The notes: generated by a model not told the origin, from the letters alone. Counted from the whole stretch's first letter, positions 1-13,474 are shown. The stretch: 63,950 nt of DNA, filler included, from Alloascoidea hylecoeti (GCA_001600815.1; 24 parts of 24 records of this genome joined end to end with filler, not necessarily neighbours in it), one strand, 5' to 3'. Translations and numbers: made by a program.

Positions 1-439
1 TTCTCTTCGAAATTCAAGATCGAAATCAACTTCAAATGTTCATTCAAATGCAAATTCAGAAAATCTAAAAATGATAATGATTACTCTTCAACAACAACNA
101 AAATTAATTGAAGAATTAATTGTTGTTTCCAAACAAAGATGATGATATAAATATTTATAATGGTCATGATTATAAAGGGGATTTTGAACAATGATCATGG
201 AATTACAAATGAGAAGGGAAATGTTTTGAAAGCAAATATAATTGAATGTAATTGTTTTGCTCAATTATCTATATTTGCAATGAATCTACTATTTTTGAGA
301 TGATTAATTATTGAAAATGATTTTAATTATAAAATTATAGATCCAACAATGTTGATGGTTCTTCAAAATCAATTATTACATAAAAAATTAACAAACGTTT
401 TATAAGCTAAAGAAGTTAATAAACAACAAAATGAATTAA

Positions 440-1430
440 GAACTGGTGAATATAAACCTGTTTATTTGGAATTAGTTTATAATTATAGACTCCAATTGTT
501 GAAGTTATGGAAAGTGGAAATGATGGAATTAAATAATTGTATTGGAAGTTATGGTTTGTTAATGATGATAAATTTAATTTGAGTAATGTTATTAAACCAA
601 TTATTGGAGAAAAGATTAAAATTACAAAACAACAAATTGCAGAATTTATTAATTGCAGAATTATTCATAGTGTTGGGAATCGGTGAAACTTTTGCTCCAA
701 AGGATTTTTCAAAATGTTGCTGGTTGCAAATAAATTATTAAATCATTATTTCCAAACAGATGTGTGTGTTATCAAATTTTATTTTATTGTTTTAGTATGG
801 CTCCTGGTGCTGAACCTTTAAAAGATGGTGATATTGTTTCTTCAAAAGTAGAATTTGGAGCTGTTATTAATCAATCCAATGGTAAAGTTGTTGAAGTTTA
901 TGGTCCTATTTCGAGCAATAATTATAAACAATTTTAGAGGAAATCATACTGCTTATGAAAATTCTTTTCAAAAAGTAGAAGAACTCCAATGCAAATTACT
1001 TTATCAACTGCGCAAGATGTTGCTTTTTTAAAATTAATACAATGGTTTCTACTTGAATGTTGAAATTTTTGAATAGGTCAAACTTTAATTTTTAGGTTAG
1101 ATTTTAATATTTTCAGTGAAGTATCAACAGCTTGTCAAATTTTAGTTGAAATGTCTTCAAAAGAAATTATTCAAATTGGTACAGTTGATTATCTAGCTTC
1201 TGCATCTCATGGTAATCCAGCTATTGATGATTTTGAAGCAAATGATAACTTTATCGAAAAACTATTATGTTTGAAAATGCTATTCTTTTCACAACTTCTT
1301 CTGAAGCTTATGCTATTGTTTCTGGTGATCATAATCCAATTCATGTTTCTAGAGTGTTTTGTAGTATTCTCTGCAAATGATGTTGCTTTGCAATTAAAAG
1401 CTTAGTTGAATTATTGTTGGTATGGTCTTA
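440..1430 (+). pseudogene. FAS1: Degenerate fragment of fatty acid synthase beta subunit (dehydratase/MaoC region)
   Basis: Ordered FAS1-like peptides in shifting frames with stops and deletions: PIVEVME, IHSVGN, PGAEPLKDGDIVSSKVEFGAVINQSNGKVVEVYG, RGNHTAYENSFQK, IIQIGTVDYLASASHGNP, YAIVSGDHNPIHVSRVF. Boundaries approximate. Confidence 0.8.
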
Positions 1431-2237
1431 TCTTATAATAATAGTTGCTTTTTCTAAGGATGAAATCTTTATCTATAATTTTACTAAGAAATTAAGGGAA
1501 AAATATTTCAACCTTTTTCAATTCAAATGAACATGAACATGAGTTAAGCGCTGAGATTAAAGAGGTCTCAATTGAAGTTTTATAATATACTACTATAACT
1601 AGTAAACTATATAATTCATAATATTAACAAGTATTTTACAGTATCAATAATAGTGTAATAACATTATGTAGATAAATGAATAAGCATGAAATATATTGGA
1701 GAATGATTTAGTTCCTAGACCAAAATACCCTTATTCACGCATATCTATTCCTGCATCTTTCCATACATATTTAATTTACAGTGTATTATAATTATATAAT
1801 TAATAGTTGTGTTAATGCTCAAACTACAGCAATAGTTGATAGTTGATTTTAAAATCAAGAGCAAGGAAAATAAAATCCCAAGATCAGTAAGCAAATCTCT
1901 TCGGTTAGTAGTTAATGAGAGGTCATATTTTCGAATGCAGCTATTTATATCAGTATATCTCTACTGGTTATTTGTAATTATTAACAATTTGTTATTTATA
2001 AAGATTGAAGAAAGGGATAATTTAAATAACATAATTTGTATGAGTGTAATGGAGCCTAGATAAAAAGGAAAATATAACTTATTCGGGGACAACTCTAAGG
2101 GCTCGTTGGGAGAAGTTGATTGAAGCCTCACACTACATGAATAGTTGTTTTAAAATGAATCTCAAGAAAAACAAAAACAAAAGATGATTTATAATAGCTC
2201 TATATTAAATTGGGAACTGGAGGCTAAATATTTGAAT

Positions 2238-2260
2238 ACACACACACACACACACACACA
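2238..2260. repeat. (AC)n microsatellite
   Basis: Perfect AC dinucleotide run seen directly. Confidence 0.9.
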
Positions 2261-3312
2261 TAAACTAATTAGTAACAATTTGAGATTTACAGAAATATAA
2301 AATAATTCGTTTGAGTATAATGAACATTCAATAAATAATATTATACAGACTTGGAAAAGTTTAATTGAGCATTATGAATATTTGGATCTTTATCAGAGAT
2401 TATTGAAGGAGAATTAATATTTATCTCACAGCTTTCCGATTAATCAAATAGTTGTTAAATTGTAAAGGCTAAGATTTGAGTGCGAGAGCTACGCATGCAG
2501 TCACTTTAGAAGCGCCGCATAGTTAAGACCTGAAAGGAGCTTTCAATATGGTTTTAAATATATTTATAATTGGATAACAATCAACTAGTCGTGCTCAATA
2601 TGATCATAGAATCTGAAATAAAANGATTATTCATAATGTTAGTGAAATTTCCATGATTAGAAATTATATAATGTTAAAGTTTAAAGTGCCTGTTCTCCCA
2701 GTTGCACTAAAAGCCAATCAACTCTCTAGTGAACTATTCTAAGAGTTTAATATATCCAACATATAACAACCACAGATATAGGATATTATGTATTGTTAGT
2801 TATCTGTGAGATTAGTTTGTATTGGTATTGGATTGGAGGCTTCTAGTTTGATGTTAAATACTTACTATATTCTCAGCTATTTCTATTTCTACTTGTTTTC
2901 TAGAACATATATATATATATATATAATAATATACATATAATTACTATAAAGGAGGTATGCAGTTCGGAACATATAGTAAATCTTTTATTATAAAAAGAAC
3001 GTGTAGTTTCTAAAACTAATTAATATATGTGAACTATCTAGTAGATACTAATTTAATAATATATGTTAAAAGTCATTTATGAATCACACCTTTGGTGTAG
3101 AGATTGAAATATATGATACAGATATCTTACGTAATTGAAGGAAGTTTAGCAAAACATATAGTTTGGTATGTCCTCAAGTGAAGAACTCCAGTAATAACTT
3201 ATGAAACTACTATAGCAGCTCCTACAACATTTGTGATNAATGGTATGAAGGTTGAAAACTGTAATGACTATGAGTAGTAGATTATTATTTCGAAGTATAT
3301 TCTACTAGCTGA

Positions 3313-3412
3313 NNNNNNNNNNNNNNNNNNNNNNNNNNNNNNNNNNNNNNNNNNNNTTAATTAATTAANNNNNNNNNNNNNNNNNNNNNNNNNNNNNNNN
3401 NNNNNNNNNNNN
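3313..3412. other. Artificial contig linker N44-TTAATTAATTAA-N44 (recurs 23 times)
   Basis: Identical 100-nt block with stops in all six frames separates unrelated nuclear and mitochondrial contigs of steadily decreasing length. Confidence 0.98.
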
Positions 3413-3499
3413 TTCAGTTAGAGAAGTGGATCTTTTAGAAAGAGTGTCGGCAAATGCACCAGCGGCGAAAAAAATAGTAGCTAATGATAAAAACTTCAT
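3413..3499 (-). CDS. N-terminus of a secreted protein (signal peptide plus KR site), probably the next pectate lyase copy; 3' truncated
   Basis: ATG at 3499 reads MKFLSLATIFFAAGAFADTLSKRSTSLTE to the contig end, on the same strand as the pectate lyase 3' end at the other end of the contig. Confidence 0.65.
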
Positions 3500-6383
3500 T
3501 GCAATTGATATACAATAAACTGTATCTGATTATTCTAAAGAATGGAACTTAAGCACATTTATATAGTTGAAAACTTGAGTATTAAAATAAATATTTGTGA
3601 AAGGGCGGAAATATTTCATTTCTGTATATACTCTTTTTTTTTTATTTAAATCACAATGTTTGGTACAACATATCCATGTATAGTATATCTGATCATAATA
3701 CTAATCTCGTTTTAACTTTCTGCTATAGTTACGCGTACTCGTTCTCATTACATTTCTAAACCTATTTAATGTGAGACGTTGAAACAGCCAAGCCAAAATA
3801 TATATGCGCTGACAAACTAAGATATATGTATGGGAAGTTTTATACAAATTTTCTTGTTCGAACACCGAGTTTTAGTTATATATAATGAATGAATATTATC
3901 AATTGATACAGCACTACCGCCAAATTTATTACTTATAATTAGTTTATTACTGAAGAATTGCACGATTTTTCTCTCTCTTTTGATTTCATTTGCTACCATC
4001 AAATTTAAAGTATCCGAGGATTTAAGATTAATTTCGTATAAGATCATCTATTCAACTGTACGGGTACCTTAACTGATGGGTCGGTCCTGCATACGTGTAC
4101 CTTATATAATTGATCAGGGCGTTGATTCAGGGTCTAGGATTTTATTATGATATAGCAGTTCTTAAACTATGCCTAGGCATATAACCTTATTATTTGCTTA
4201 ATATAATATGTATGGTACACAGGTAATAATAGCACACGACAAAGTTGTAAAATTTTAATATTTTCATTCCATCTAAGCTGTCGGTTTATATCTTGATTAT
4301 TCGAGTAACTAAATTTAAGTGTAGAAAGACCAATATATTTATGGTATAGCATTGTTCGAATTTCTGATGAAATTTATAAATCTTCCTAGTGTTATATAGG
4401 ATCTTGTATATGTATAATCATAATATTGTATAGGCTTGCGATCGTATACATGTTTAATAATATGGTTAAGCGTTAATATTGTGTATACATGTTTCAAGAT
4501 ACTACGGAAAATAATTTAAAACATGTTTGCGTTCATGAATATTAGTTGAATTAATCTGTTTTTCTTTTTTGTTGGCTTTTCTTAATTGGATAGCGAATTA
4601 TATTTACCCACCTCACTACAAAACTTTCACGTAATTTTCGAAGTAGGTTCTAGAGCGAATTGTTCCAGTTCAAACTTCATTTAGCTAAGACAAATAGTGG
4701 TATATATTAAATTCTATTTTATTGATTCTACAGCTACCTCTGTGGAAACAGTATAAGTAGAGCTTATGTAAGAAGACAAAACTCCTATTAATATATATAT
4801 TAGTTATTTTACTTCATCTTAAACCTGAAGTTCTGGAGAGTCTACCATTCCAGTGGCAGAGAACAGTTGGAGTATCAATTGCCTTTGCAATTTCAACAGC
4901 TTTATCTGAAGAATTGTTGATAATTATGACTTTATTTTATAATTATTAACTTATGATCAATAAACTGTTTATTAGCTATAGTCATACATTTATACGAGTT
5001 TTGAGTAAGGGGTTAATTAATTATATAGTTTCATCTTCAATGATAATTATTAATTTAAACTGTTTTTCGTAATAATATTTAAGTTTAAACTCTTTTTTTT
5101 ATTTGTATAATATTATGAGTACATATCAATTATAACCCATTAATATGTAACAAAACTTTCTATCTAATGATGATACTATTTGGGCTTTAGAAAGTTATAT
5201 AAAAGGAGAAGAGGGATTGATTGTGGAGCTAACCACTAAGTTTGATTAATATTAATAATGATATGCATGTATAGCCTATTATAGGTGAGGCCAACTTTGG
5301 GCGGATTGTATTGATTATGAAATATGAGAATCAAAGATTTCACCTGTTATACATTAGACTCAATCAATTAGAAAATAAACTTAGTTATGTGGAAATAAAA
5401 ATATCAGATGCTGTTGATATAGGACTTTTTTTCTTCCTTTTTTCTTCTTTTTTTCGTTTGGGTTGGCCGCCAACTTTACTCATCCGAGTGTCGTAAATTC
5501 ACTGTTTTATTGCGTAGAAGAAAGTGGAGAAAAATGGATGTGAAGAGATAATTTCGTATTTTTATACCGTAATTATATATCTTTGGGTTCATTGTTAATT
5601 ATCTTTATAACGTTATACGCAGTTACTATGATGGTGATTATAACCAATATAGATCCCACACAAGGTTAATGATCTAAGTATGCGATTAAAACGCAAATAA
5701 GATAATCAAAAAGGATTTAGCAATGATGTTAGCCATCCGGGAGTTATCAATCACTTACCTACAATCAATCGATATGTAGTATAATTGCTCACATCAAGCT
5801 TTGCGTTTAAGATTTGGCTGGTATGTAATTGTTAGTGTTTGGATATGGCACTCCTGAGCAGTCAAGAAAAGGCCGTGCGACTTTTTGGCTTAACTGGTTC
5901 TAGCTGACACACTTTAATTGTTAGCTTTGGAAAGTCACCATTATATTTTTCTTTCTTATTTTTGAATTATTTTTGGGGGTTTAGTTTCTGTTTAATATAC
6001 TTTCTATAAGTTCAATAATATACATTATAATCTATACACACAATAACTTTATGTTAGTATTGGTGTGCTACAATTATTTAGTATTCCCCAGTGAAGCTAG
6101 CGCTAGCTATAGATACAATATTAACTAGATATGCATATAATAGTTATTTATACGACGATTTCGTATCTGTAAGATAGCAGAACAGGATATCTAGAGAATC
6201 GAAATAATTTTGTTTAATTTGTCATTCTATAAATTTTTAATAACTTGTCTATTTGATTTAATTCGTTTATTTATCTATTGATTTATTTATCGATTTCTCT
6301 TGTCTAATTAAGTGACGTCTTATGCAGGTTATTAATTACCATATACAGAAAATCTGAATGGTTGCATATATGTAGCCTTTTCA

Positions 6384-6706
6384 TTAAAAAGAAAGCTTTG
6401 CACCAGCACTACTAGTGACAGTGGAGCTGACCTTGCTAGCAGCAATCTTGGTGTATTTGTAAGAAACACTCATAGAACCAGTGGAGGTAATTGCATTTGA
6501 ACCACTACCGAAATCATTTCCTGAGGCAACTGCTTTACCAGTACCATCAACAGAGTATAATGGTTTGTCAGCATCGACGAAAACATTATTTTCAACTAAG
6601 GCTTGTGCACCCTTTCTAACGTTGATACAGTCACTCATGCCATTGTAGTAGTTATTGTATAAATGTGCCTTACCGAATCTGAGTGATGGACCACGAGAAT
6701 TCAAGG
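6384..6706 (-). CDS. Pectate lyase (PL1) C-terminal part; 5' truncated
   Basis: NSRGPSLRFGKAHLYNNYY...INVRKGAQALVENNVF...GNDFG matches the PL1 RxPxxRxG and ENNxF motifs. Confidence 0.9.
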
Positions 6707-6806
6707 NNNNNNNNNNNNNNNNNNNNNNNNNNNNNNNNNNNNNNNNNNNNTTAATTAATTAANNNNNNNNNNNNNNNNNNNNNNNNNNNNNNNNNNNNNN
6801 NNNNNN

Positions 6807-6863
6807 AAAAAAAAGGACGCACCATTTGCATGAGCATATCTTAAAAATCATCCTGCGTTTACA
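6807..6863 (-). CDS. cob: Mitochondrial cytochrome b exon (D)VNAGWFLRYAHANGASFFF; truncated
   Basis: Conserved cob RYxHANGASFFF motif; TGA read as Trp; follows group II intron 3' end ...GACCTCAC. Confidence 0.95.
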
Positions 6864-9464
6864 GTGAGGTCAGCCTAAATTAGAACTGCCTCCCAAACCG
6901 TACGTGATAGTTTCCCATCATACGGCTTTCCATAAATTACTATATATTCCAACTATACTATTCGAGCATTTCCCTTATTTGGGGGGGAGACGTGGGTCTA
7001 CCCTTTATATTCAACTATCTTTCGATTTTCTCAATAAGTTAATTGACCATTATGAAGCAATACATGATGATATTGACATAGTGGGATTTGTTTTCGATTC
7101 AGACCACTAATTATTCTTGAAGAGTACCCTTTATTAAGGATATTATTTCTAATATTTGCGACTTTTCTTAAGTGATGCATCTGAATATTTTCAGTAGTAC
7201 CACAAACTGTACAAGATTTACCAAAAGAGGTTTGTTGAAGGTTAGAGGATCAATCCGAATCCAGAGTTTTAACAAATTTATCATAATCAATATGATTAGT
7301 ATTAAACTTATTTTTTACTTTGAAATCTGAAGGTGAAAAGAAGCTTATTCCAGTTTCGGGATCAGTTAAATTTTTTCCAAACTTTTGGAAAGCTTTTGCC
7401 ATAGTTTTTAACTTATACTTGTTAGCCAAGGTTAGTGCGCAAGAGGCTCTTAAATATCATACGATAGTGCTTAATTTAGGATAATTGGAGGCAAATGAGT
7501 AATAGTTCAGAAGACCTCTAACTTTAGCATTATATCATGTAATTATAGTAGAATGTGGATGGTTAAACAGGTTAGTTCTCCCTTTAGGAAAGAATTTATT
7601 CTGATTATTACGTTTACCTAAACCATTATTAACTAAGTTATCTACAAGTCTTTTTAGAGGTGCTTTTACTAAACTTCTGACATGAGCTTTCTTTCATGTT
7701 TTTAAACCTTTATCATATACTACATAGTCTTTTGTAGGATTGTTGACTATCAATGCCCCCAGGAAACTAAAATGTTTCTTAGTGGAAGTTACTATGGTTT
7801 TGTCAGAATTCAGATTTAAACCACAATTATCGGCGAGGAAACGTTTAATATCTTGTTTAATATCCAAACATTCTTTGACACTAGATGTTGTAAGAATTAC
7901 AAAAGAATCTGCGTATCTAATATATAAAAGTCTCCTGAAATTTTTATCCATAGGATCAAAACCAGTTATTTGACGCATATTTACGAGAGCTAATTTCGCT
8001 GTTCGTACATCAGAAGCCTTAATGGCTTTCTTTCTAATTTCTTGAAGTTTAGTATATTCGGGGTTGTGTCTCTTGTTTTTACCCTTATTAAATTTGCTTC
8101 TATAGTCTTCCATGTATTCATCGAATAAGTGTAGTACTATATTAGCTAGAATAGGGCTACAAATTACTCCCTGTGGTACTCCTACTTTATTGTAAGCTAT
8201 AAAACCATCTTTTTTCTTAATAGGGTAAGCTATTAGCTTATTTATTAGTGCTTTCATATTAGGGCAACCTATTACCTTATTTATTTCATTTCTTATGATT
8301 TTATGAGGAATGCTATTGAAACATTTTGAAATATACCCTTGTATAACTCAGGAATATCCTGCTCCTTGTAATTTAATCTTACAAAGTGCATCATGCGTTG
8401 ATCGGTGAGGTCTAAAACCATATGAAGAATCCTTAAATTTTCCCCTTTCCCAAAGGGAATGGGGGACTGGTTCATAGATTGCTTCTAAAATTACGGCGAT
8501 AGCTTTTTGTACTATTTTATCTCGTGGGGAGGTTATTGATAAAGTTATATCATTACCTTCCCCTTTGGGTATTTCGACTAATAGTGCTGGATTGAATTGG
8601 AAACTTCCATTCTTCAATGATTCTGCCAATTTAATAAATCACTCCCCACTTAGGCCATCTAAAGTGTATTTATATATACCTTGTGTCATATTTCCCGGGT
8701 TATTCTTTATCTCTTCATAACATGCTATTAAGAAGTAATGGTCTCCTAACAATTTATTGAGGTTGTAATATGCTCCGTTGTTGGAATATAGTTTCAATCT
8801 TTTACCTGCTTCTACAACGAGATTCGGTTTAGTTTTTCTAGTTTTACCTGTCTTTCTATTTCCATTTTCATTATTAGAAGCCTTCATCGATGTTCATAAT
8901 TTACTGTCATCCTTTCCATTTGAAGAACTACCCACGTTATGTTGTTCTTTATTAGTAATACGATGACTCCGAGTCCGCTTATCCGTTACCGAATTTGAAG
9001 CGGGGACTTCCCCAAGTTCCGTATCATTTGTATTTAATATCCTATCTTCTTTAGATCCTTGCGCTAACTTAGAGATTATTACCAGGATTGCTGATAGTAA
9101 CTCTAAAACTATTAATTTATAGCAGGTAACACCTTGTAATCAACTAACAAATCGAGAGACATATCTGTTAGCATTGGTGTTCAGTAGCTGACATATTCCG
9201 CTTAGAACTACCGGACTATCTTTTAAATTCACCCTTAACGTATCAAGTTTTTTAACATAATCTTGGAAAATTCCATAATAACAATATATTATCTTTCACG
9301 GCAAAAACTGTATTGTTACTTTCCATACAGCTATTCATCCTCTACGTTTATTAAACTGACTAAAGGCGATGTATTTAATGGCTAATATAAGAATTAAATT
9401 CTTGATTACTATATTAGGTATACCGGATAAAAGTATACTCTCAATGTACGACACATGGGCGCAC
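6864..9464 (-). mobile_element. Complete group II intron in cob (2601 nt), splitting the Asp codon of MRD
   Basis: 5' GTGCG at 9464; EBS1 TCTCTC complementary to exon end GAGAGA; domain V AAGCCGTATGATGGGAAACTATCACGTACGGTTT; 3' AC. Confidence 0.95.
6998..9464 (-). CDS. Intron-encoded RT/maturase/HNH protein, in frame with the upstream cob exon (table 4); YADD changed to YADS
   Basis: ORF-track pieces 8639-8887, 8348-8629 and 7694-8257 share one frame and are separated only by TGA; motifs NPGNMT, SYGFRP, GVPQG, RYADS, C-terminal QMHHLRK...RKQIPLC; TAG at 6998. Confidence 0.9.
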
Positions 9465-9517
9465 TCTCTCATGATATGTTCTACTGAAGTAAAGGCTAAA
9501 TCTATATGTGAGCTATA
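9465..9517 (-). CDS. cob: cob exon, 53 nt (YSSHIDLAFTSVEHIMR-D)
   Basis: Conserved cob LAFxSVEHIMRD motif between two group II introns. Confidence 0.93.
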
Positions 9518-10085
9518 GTTAAACTAAATATCCCAATCTCATAAAGATTAAAACACTCGTCACCGAACCGTACGTGATAGTTTCCCATCATACGGCTCTC
9601 CACAAAAACAAGATTTATTTACATTTATCAATTATAGTTACCCCTTAAATAGACTTGACCTTCATATGGGGAGTTTACCCCCCTGATGGGCTTGCTTTCG
9701 TAGGGCGGGTATTATCTCCGCAAACCTGCGGGGATTTAAGTTTTTATAAATTTATTATTTTATCTTATTAATGGCCCGATTAAACCGGGCGATCCCCCTG
9801 ACGGGGAATTTTATTATCTAATATATGTTTAGGTATTGTTAATATACCACTATGATGTTTCATATGGCATTCTCTACACAAAGGTATTTGTTTACGTTTA
9901 GTTTTACTCATTAAATAATTTAAATCTGATTTATCTATTTTAAGATCACTTAACTTTCGGATATGATGCATTTCAACTCTATATTCACTATTACAAATTG
10001 AACATTTACTTGCTAGAATTGTAGCTAATGAAACATTATTTGAATATAATGCTGGTATCTGTGTAGAAATAATATCTTTTTTTTT
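9518..10085 (-). mobile_element. 3' part of a cob group II intron including the HNH end of its ORF (stop at 9780)
   Basis: CSICNSEYRVEMHHIRK...RKQIPLCRECH; domain V GAGCCGTATGATGGGAAACTATCACGTACGGTTC; ends AAC before the TAT codon. Confidence 0.92.
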
Positions 10086-10273
10086 NNNNNNNNNNNNNNN
10101 NNNNNNNNNNNNNNNNNNNNNNNNNNNNNTTAATTAATTAANNNNNNNNNNNNNNNNNNNNNNNNNNNNNNNNNNNNNNNNNNNNAGGGTCATCAGACTG
10201 AACATTAAAGTTCACGAGTTTTGTTTTTTATTTGATTACTAGATACTACATATAAATCTATATCTGGAAATTC

Positions 10274-13200
10274 TAGTTTGAATTCATTATTACTTGGTTA
10301 AATTAATGATAATATAAATGAAAATGTTATATGGTTGTACGGATGCAAAAATCTATCATTTCTTTTTTCTCACACTGTACTTGGTGCATTCTTTGGACAA
10401 GTATCAAAGTTCCACGAAAACTCTTAGGGGATCACGGCTAGATCATTATTGAAACACGCTTGGCAGAAGTACGGCTCTTCATAACAATCTCGATAATTAG
10501 GAAAAACTTACCGCATCAACTAAAAAATTTATATCTGATTATAATAGAGTATGATTAAAGATGGGGATAAAAGTTTCGCAAATAGTGTTGTCTAAGAGGA
10601 AATCCATCTACTACTGCTTTTGCAATGAAGCGAGCTAATACCTAAACAGTGAAAAGGAAGCCATAATTAGGATATACTCCTAGAACACTATGCTTAGTTT
10701 TATCAATTTAACTACATCGGTTAGTCTACTAAGATCTATTGGTGTTTATTTTTTTGGTGCTAGTATTATTAGAGAACCATCTTCATCTTCATCTAGAAAA
10801 CAACTGGGATCATAATGGAACACTTATATCAAAATTACCAAAAATCCACCAGATTTCCATCACCTAAAAAGACTCATAAAACATTAGGTGATATCACCAC
10901 TCAAACCAATAAATTCAGCCCATCTAATGTAAATCGGTTCAAATTCTTTCATCCCCTGTTTTTACCAAAAACTAATACTACTGCAACTTAAAAAAAATAT
11001 AAAAAAAATAAAAGCTCTCCATTTATATCATATTAATCCCGAAAGATTACTACAGCAGTGGTATATTATCAAGATTTTAATCCATAGCATGATCAAAATG
11101 CATATAATGATCTCATTATTCACAACTTCAGTACAGACGAGAACATTGGGAGACGGTCATCATCCGAGAAAGTGCAATAAATAGCGATGCCGATTATTTA
11201 AGAGGGAGACAAAAAAAAATATTACGCAAACTTAATATCAATGAAAAAAAATTCAGAAAAAGTTAACCAAGAAAGTTAAAAAGTTGACATTGAACTTAGG
11301 GAGTCCCAGTAATAAATCGGAATTACAGGATCAAGCAAACACCTATGTGAATCCCGATACTGCAAGCGGCACAAACACAATTTCTGAGCAGATGAATTAT
11401 ATAAGATGGAGACAAAAGAAATTGGAAGTTTCAGCCTTTAAACAGACAAAAAAAGACAAAGAAAGTTTAAAATGCAATCTTGTTGAGGAGGATAACGATA
11501 AGGGAGTACAATTGCTTTCTCCTATCAGCCGTGTGATAAGGAGACAACTACTATTCCGTTTATAGATCTATGAAATGTTAATAATTATCAGTCACATTAT
11601 TTGGAATTTTTTTGTTTAATCATCCGACAGATATATATAAAAGAATGAAATAATGGAATTAGAAAAGTGTTATTCTTAGGCCTACTGTACAATTACCTGC
11701 AGGGTTGTTAGGCGTAAATAAGTGGATTAGTTAATGCATGAAGTGTTTAGATACCATTAATATTTGATTTTCAAGAAAATCGTCTATCAACTATCTAACA
11801 CGGTGAATCATTGACGACCTTGTGAGATTGAATATTATGGCAGTTCAGAATTTCCTCAATTTGAGTTTCTGTTGAACGTTATTTACTTCTGATATAAAAG
11901 TTTAATTTATAACAAAAAATAAATGATACAAAAACAAGTCATCCTCAAAACTTAAATTCTTAGAAATAGAAAAAAAGGAATTGTTCTATAAATGAATAAA
12001 TGTACTGGTATATAATGCACTGGTGTTGGTCGTACCTTACTTCGTAAAATAAGAAAGAAATGTTGCATTAACCCTAACGATTTCACTTACCTGCAAACTG
12101 ATAAATAATTATCGACCAACCTCTAACTAATTTTCGTCGGAATTCTTATGGTATATATTTACGTAATCTGATTGTATTTGATTTTCCTTCATAATTATTA
12201 CCGGTATCATGAGTCCATGACCCTTCAAAATTTAATATGCAGGGATATGGAATAACTTCGGAGGCCAAACACCACCGAAAAATAATTATGGTTCTGGCCG
12301 AAATTAAGTAGAATTATTGTAAGCTGGTCAATCATCTATCTTTAGTTTGGTTGAATTTTTATTATTAATACTTTAAGCTTAGTGGTTTTATATTAAAAGT
12401 GGTTAAGGAAGCGATATAGGATTGTCAAGCAAGTTTATTCTATAATAATAGGAAATACCACCAATAAAGCGAGTTATCTGGTATTTCAATTCAAACAGCG
12501 CGTACCTGAACGCTCAGATATGTGGGTTCATCATATAATGGGCGTATGTATAAGTATATTACGAAGTGCAATTAAAAGCTGTATTTGAAAGAACCGAGGA
12601 TAGAAGAAGAGAGTTAATTGAGTAGTATTAGAAACAGTATACGTAAATTGTATTATAGATGTCTCATATACAGTTTTTATTCCAACCTTAACTTAAATTA
12701 GAAGGTTTAAAAGAATTATTATTCCGAATTAACCTATTTTTTTAACTGCTTAATTATTTTAAATTCTTAAATGATGGTATCATGGTACTATTATCTAATC
12801 TCACTCAGCTAGGTTAATAACTGAGGTTATACATATTAGTTACACTTGCAAAACCAATTATATTTCGATATCACATGAATTCTTTAAGACTATAGGCTTT
12901 AACAATCAATAATTTATAATCTTCCAAAATTCTTGATAATTCTTGATTGCTAATAACTATAGGGTTTCTCTAACTATATCTTGTATAGACAATTTTTCAA
13001 ATACCGGCACAAAGTTATTAAAAGAGCTTAATGCTTGATACATCTACATTTAATTTCAATGGCGGGTTATATTATCTGCAATATTATAGCGGGGATTTAT
13101 AACAGCTATCTTGCAGAAATCGGTAAATGAAATTCGAAAGAATTTTGGGGTTATAAGAAACAAAATTTCTCATCTTTAACCTTTCTCTTGGATTTTACAC

Positions 13201-13374
13201 ATTCATAATTAAACTTAATTTATTTTTATCAAAGAAACATCGTGATAATTGATAAAATATGATCGATAGTATCGAATTAAGTAACTTTATTAAAGATTTG
13301 ATAAAGAATAAAAATGAAGAATTAAAAGAAATTAATTCTACAATTTGGGAAAATCCTGAAGTTAGTTGGGAAGA
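10274..13374 (+). repeat. 3101-nt region apparently identical to 13475-16575 (upstream region of an M20 gene)
   Basis: Same length and same sequence wherever compared; same 93-aa ORF in both copies. Confidence 0.9.
13259..13374 (+). CDS. N-terminus of M20 amidohydrolase (MIDSIELSNFIKDLIKNKNEELKEINSTIWENPEVSWE); truncated
   Basis: Last 95 nt match the start of the M20 gene contig at 60509-60603. Confidence 0.85.
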
Positions 13375-13474
13375 NNNNNNNNNNNNNNNNNNNNNNNNNN
13401 NNNNNNNNNNNNNNNNNNTTAATTAATTAANNNNNNNNNNNNNNNNNNNNNNNNNNNNNNNNNNNNNNNNNNNN

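Noticed and set aside
7694..8887. Fragmented RT, nad5 and endonuclease ORFs as pseudogenes or NUMTs
   Set aside because: The breaks are in-frame TGA codons; the frames are continuous in table 4.
11284..11565. 93-aa ORF (and its copy at 14485-14766) as a gene
   Set aside because: TTG start, no recognisable motif; its repetition only reflects the duplicate contig.
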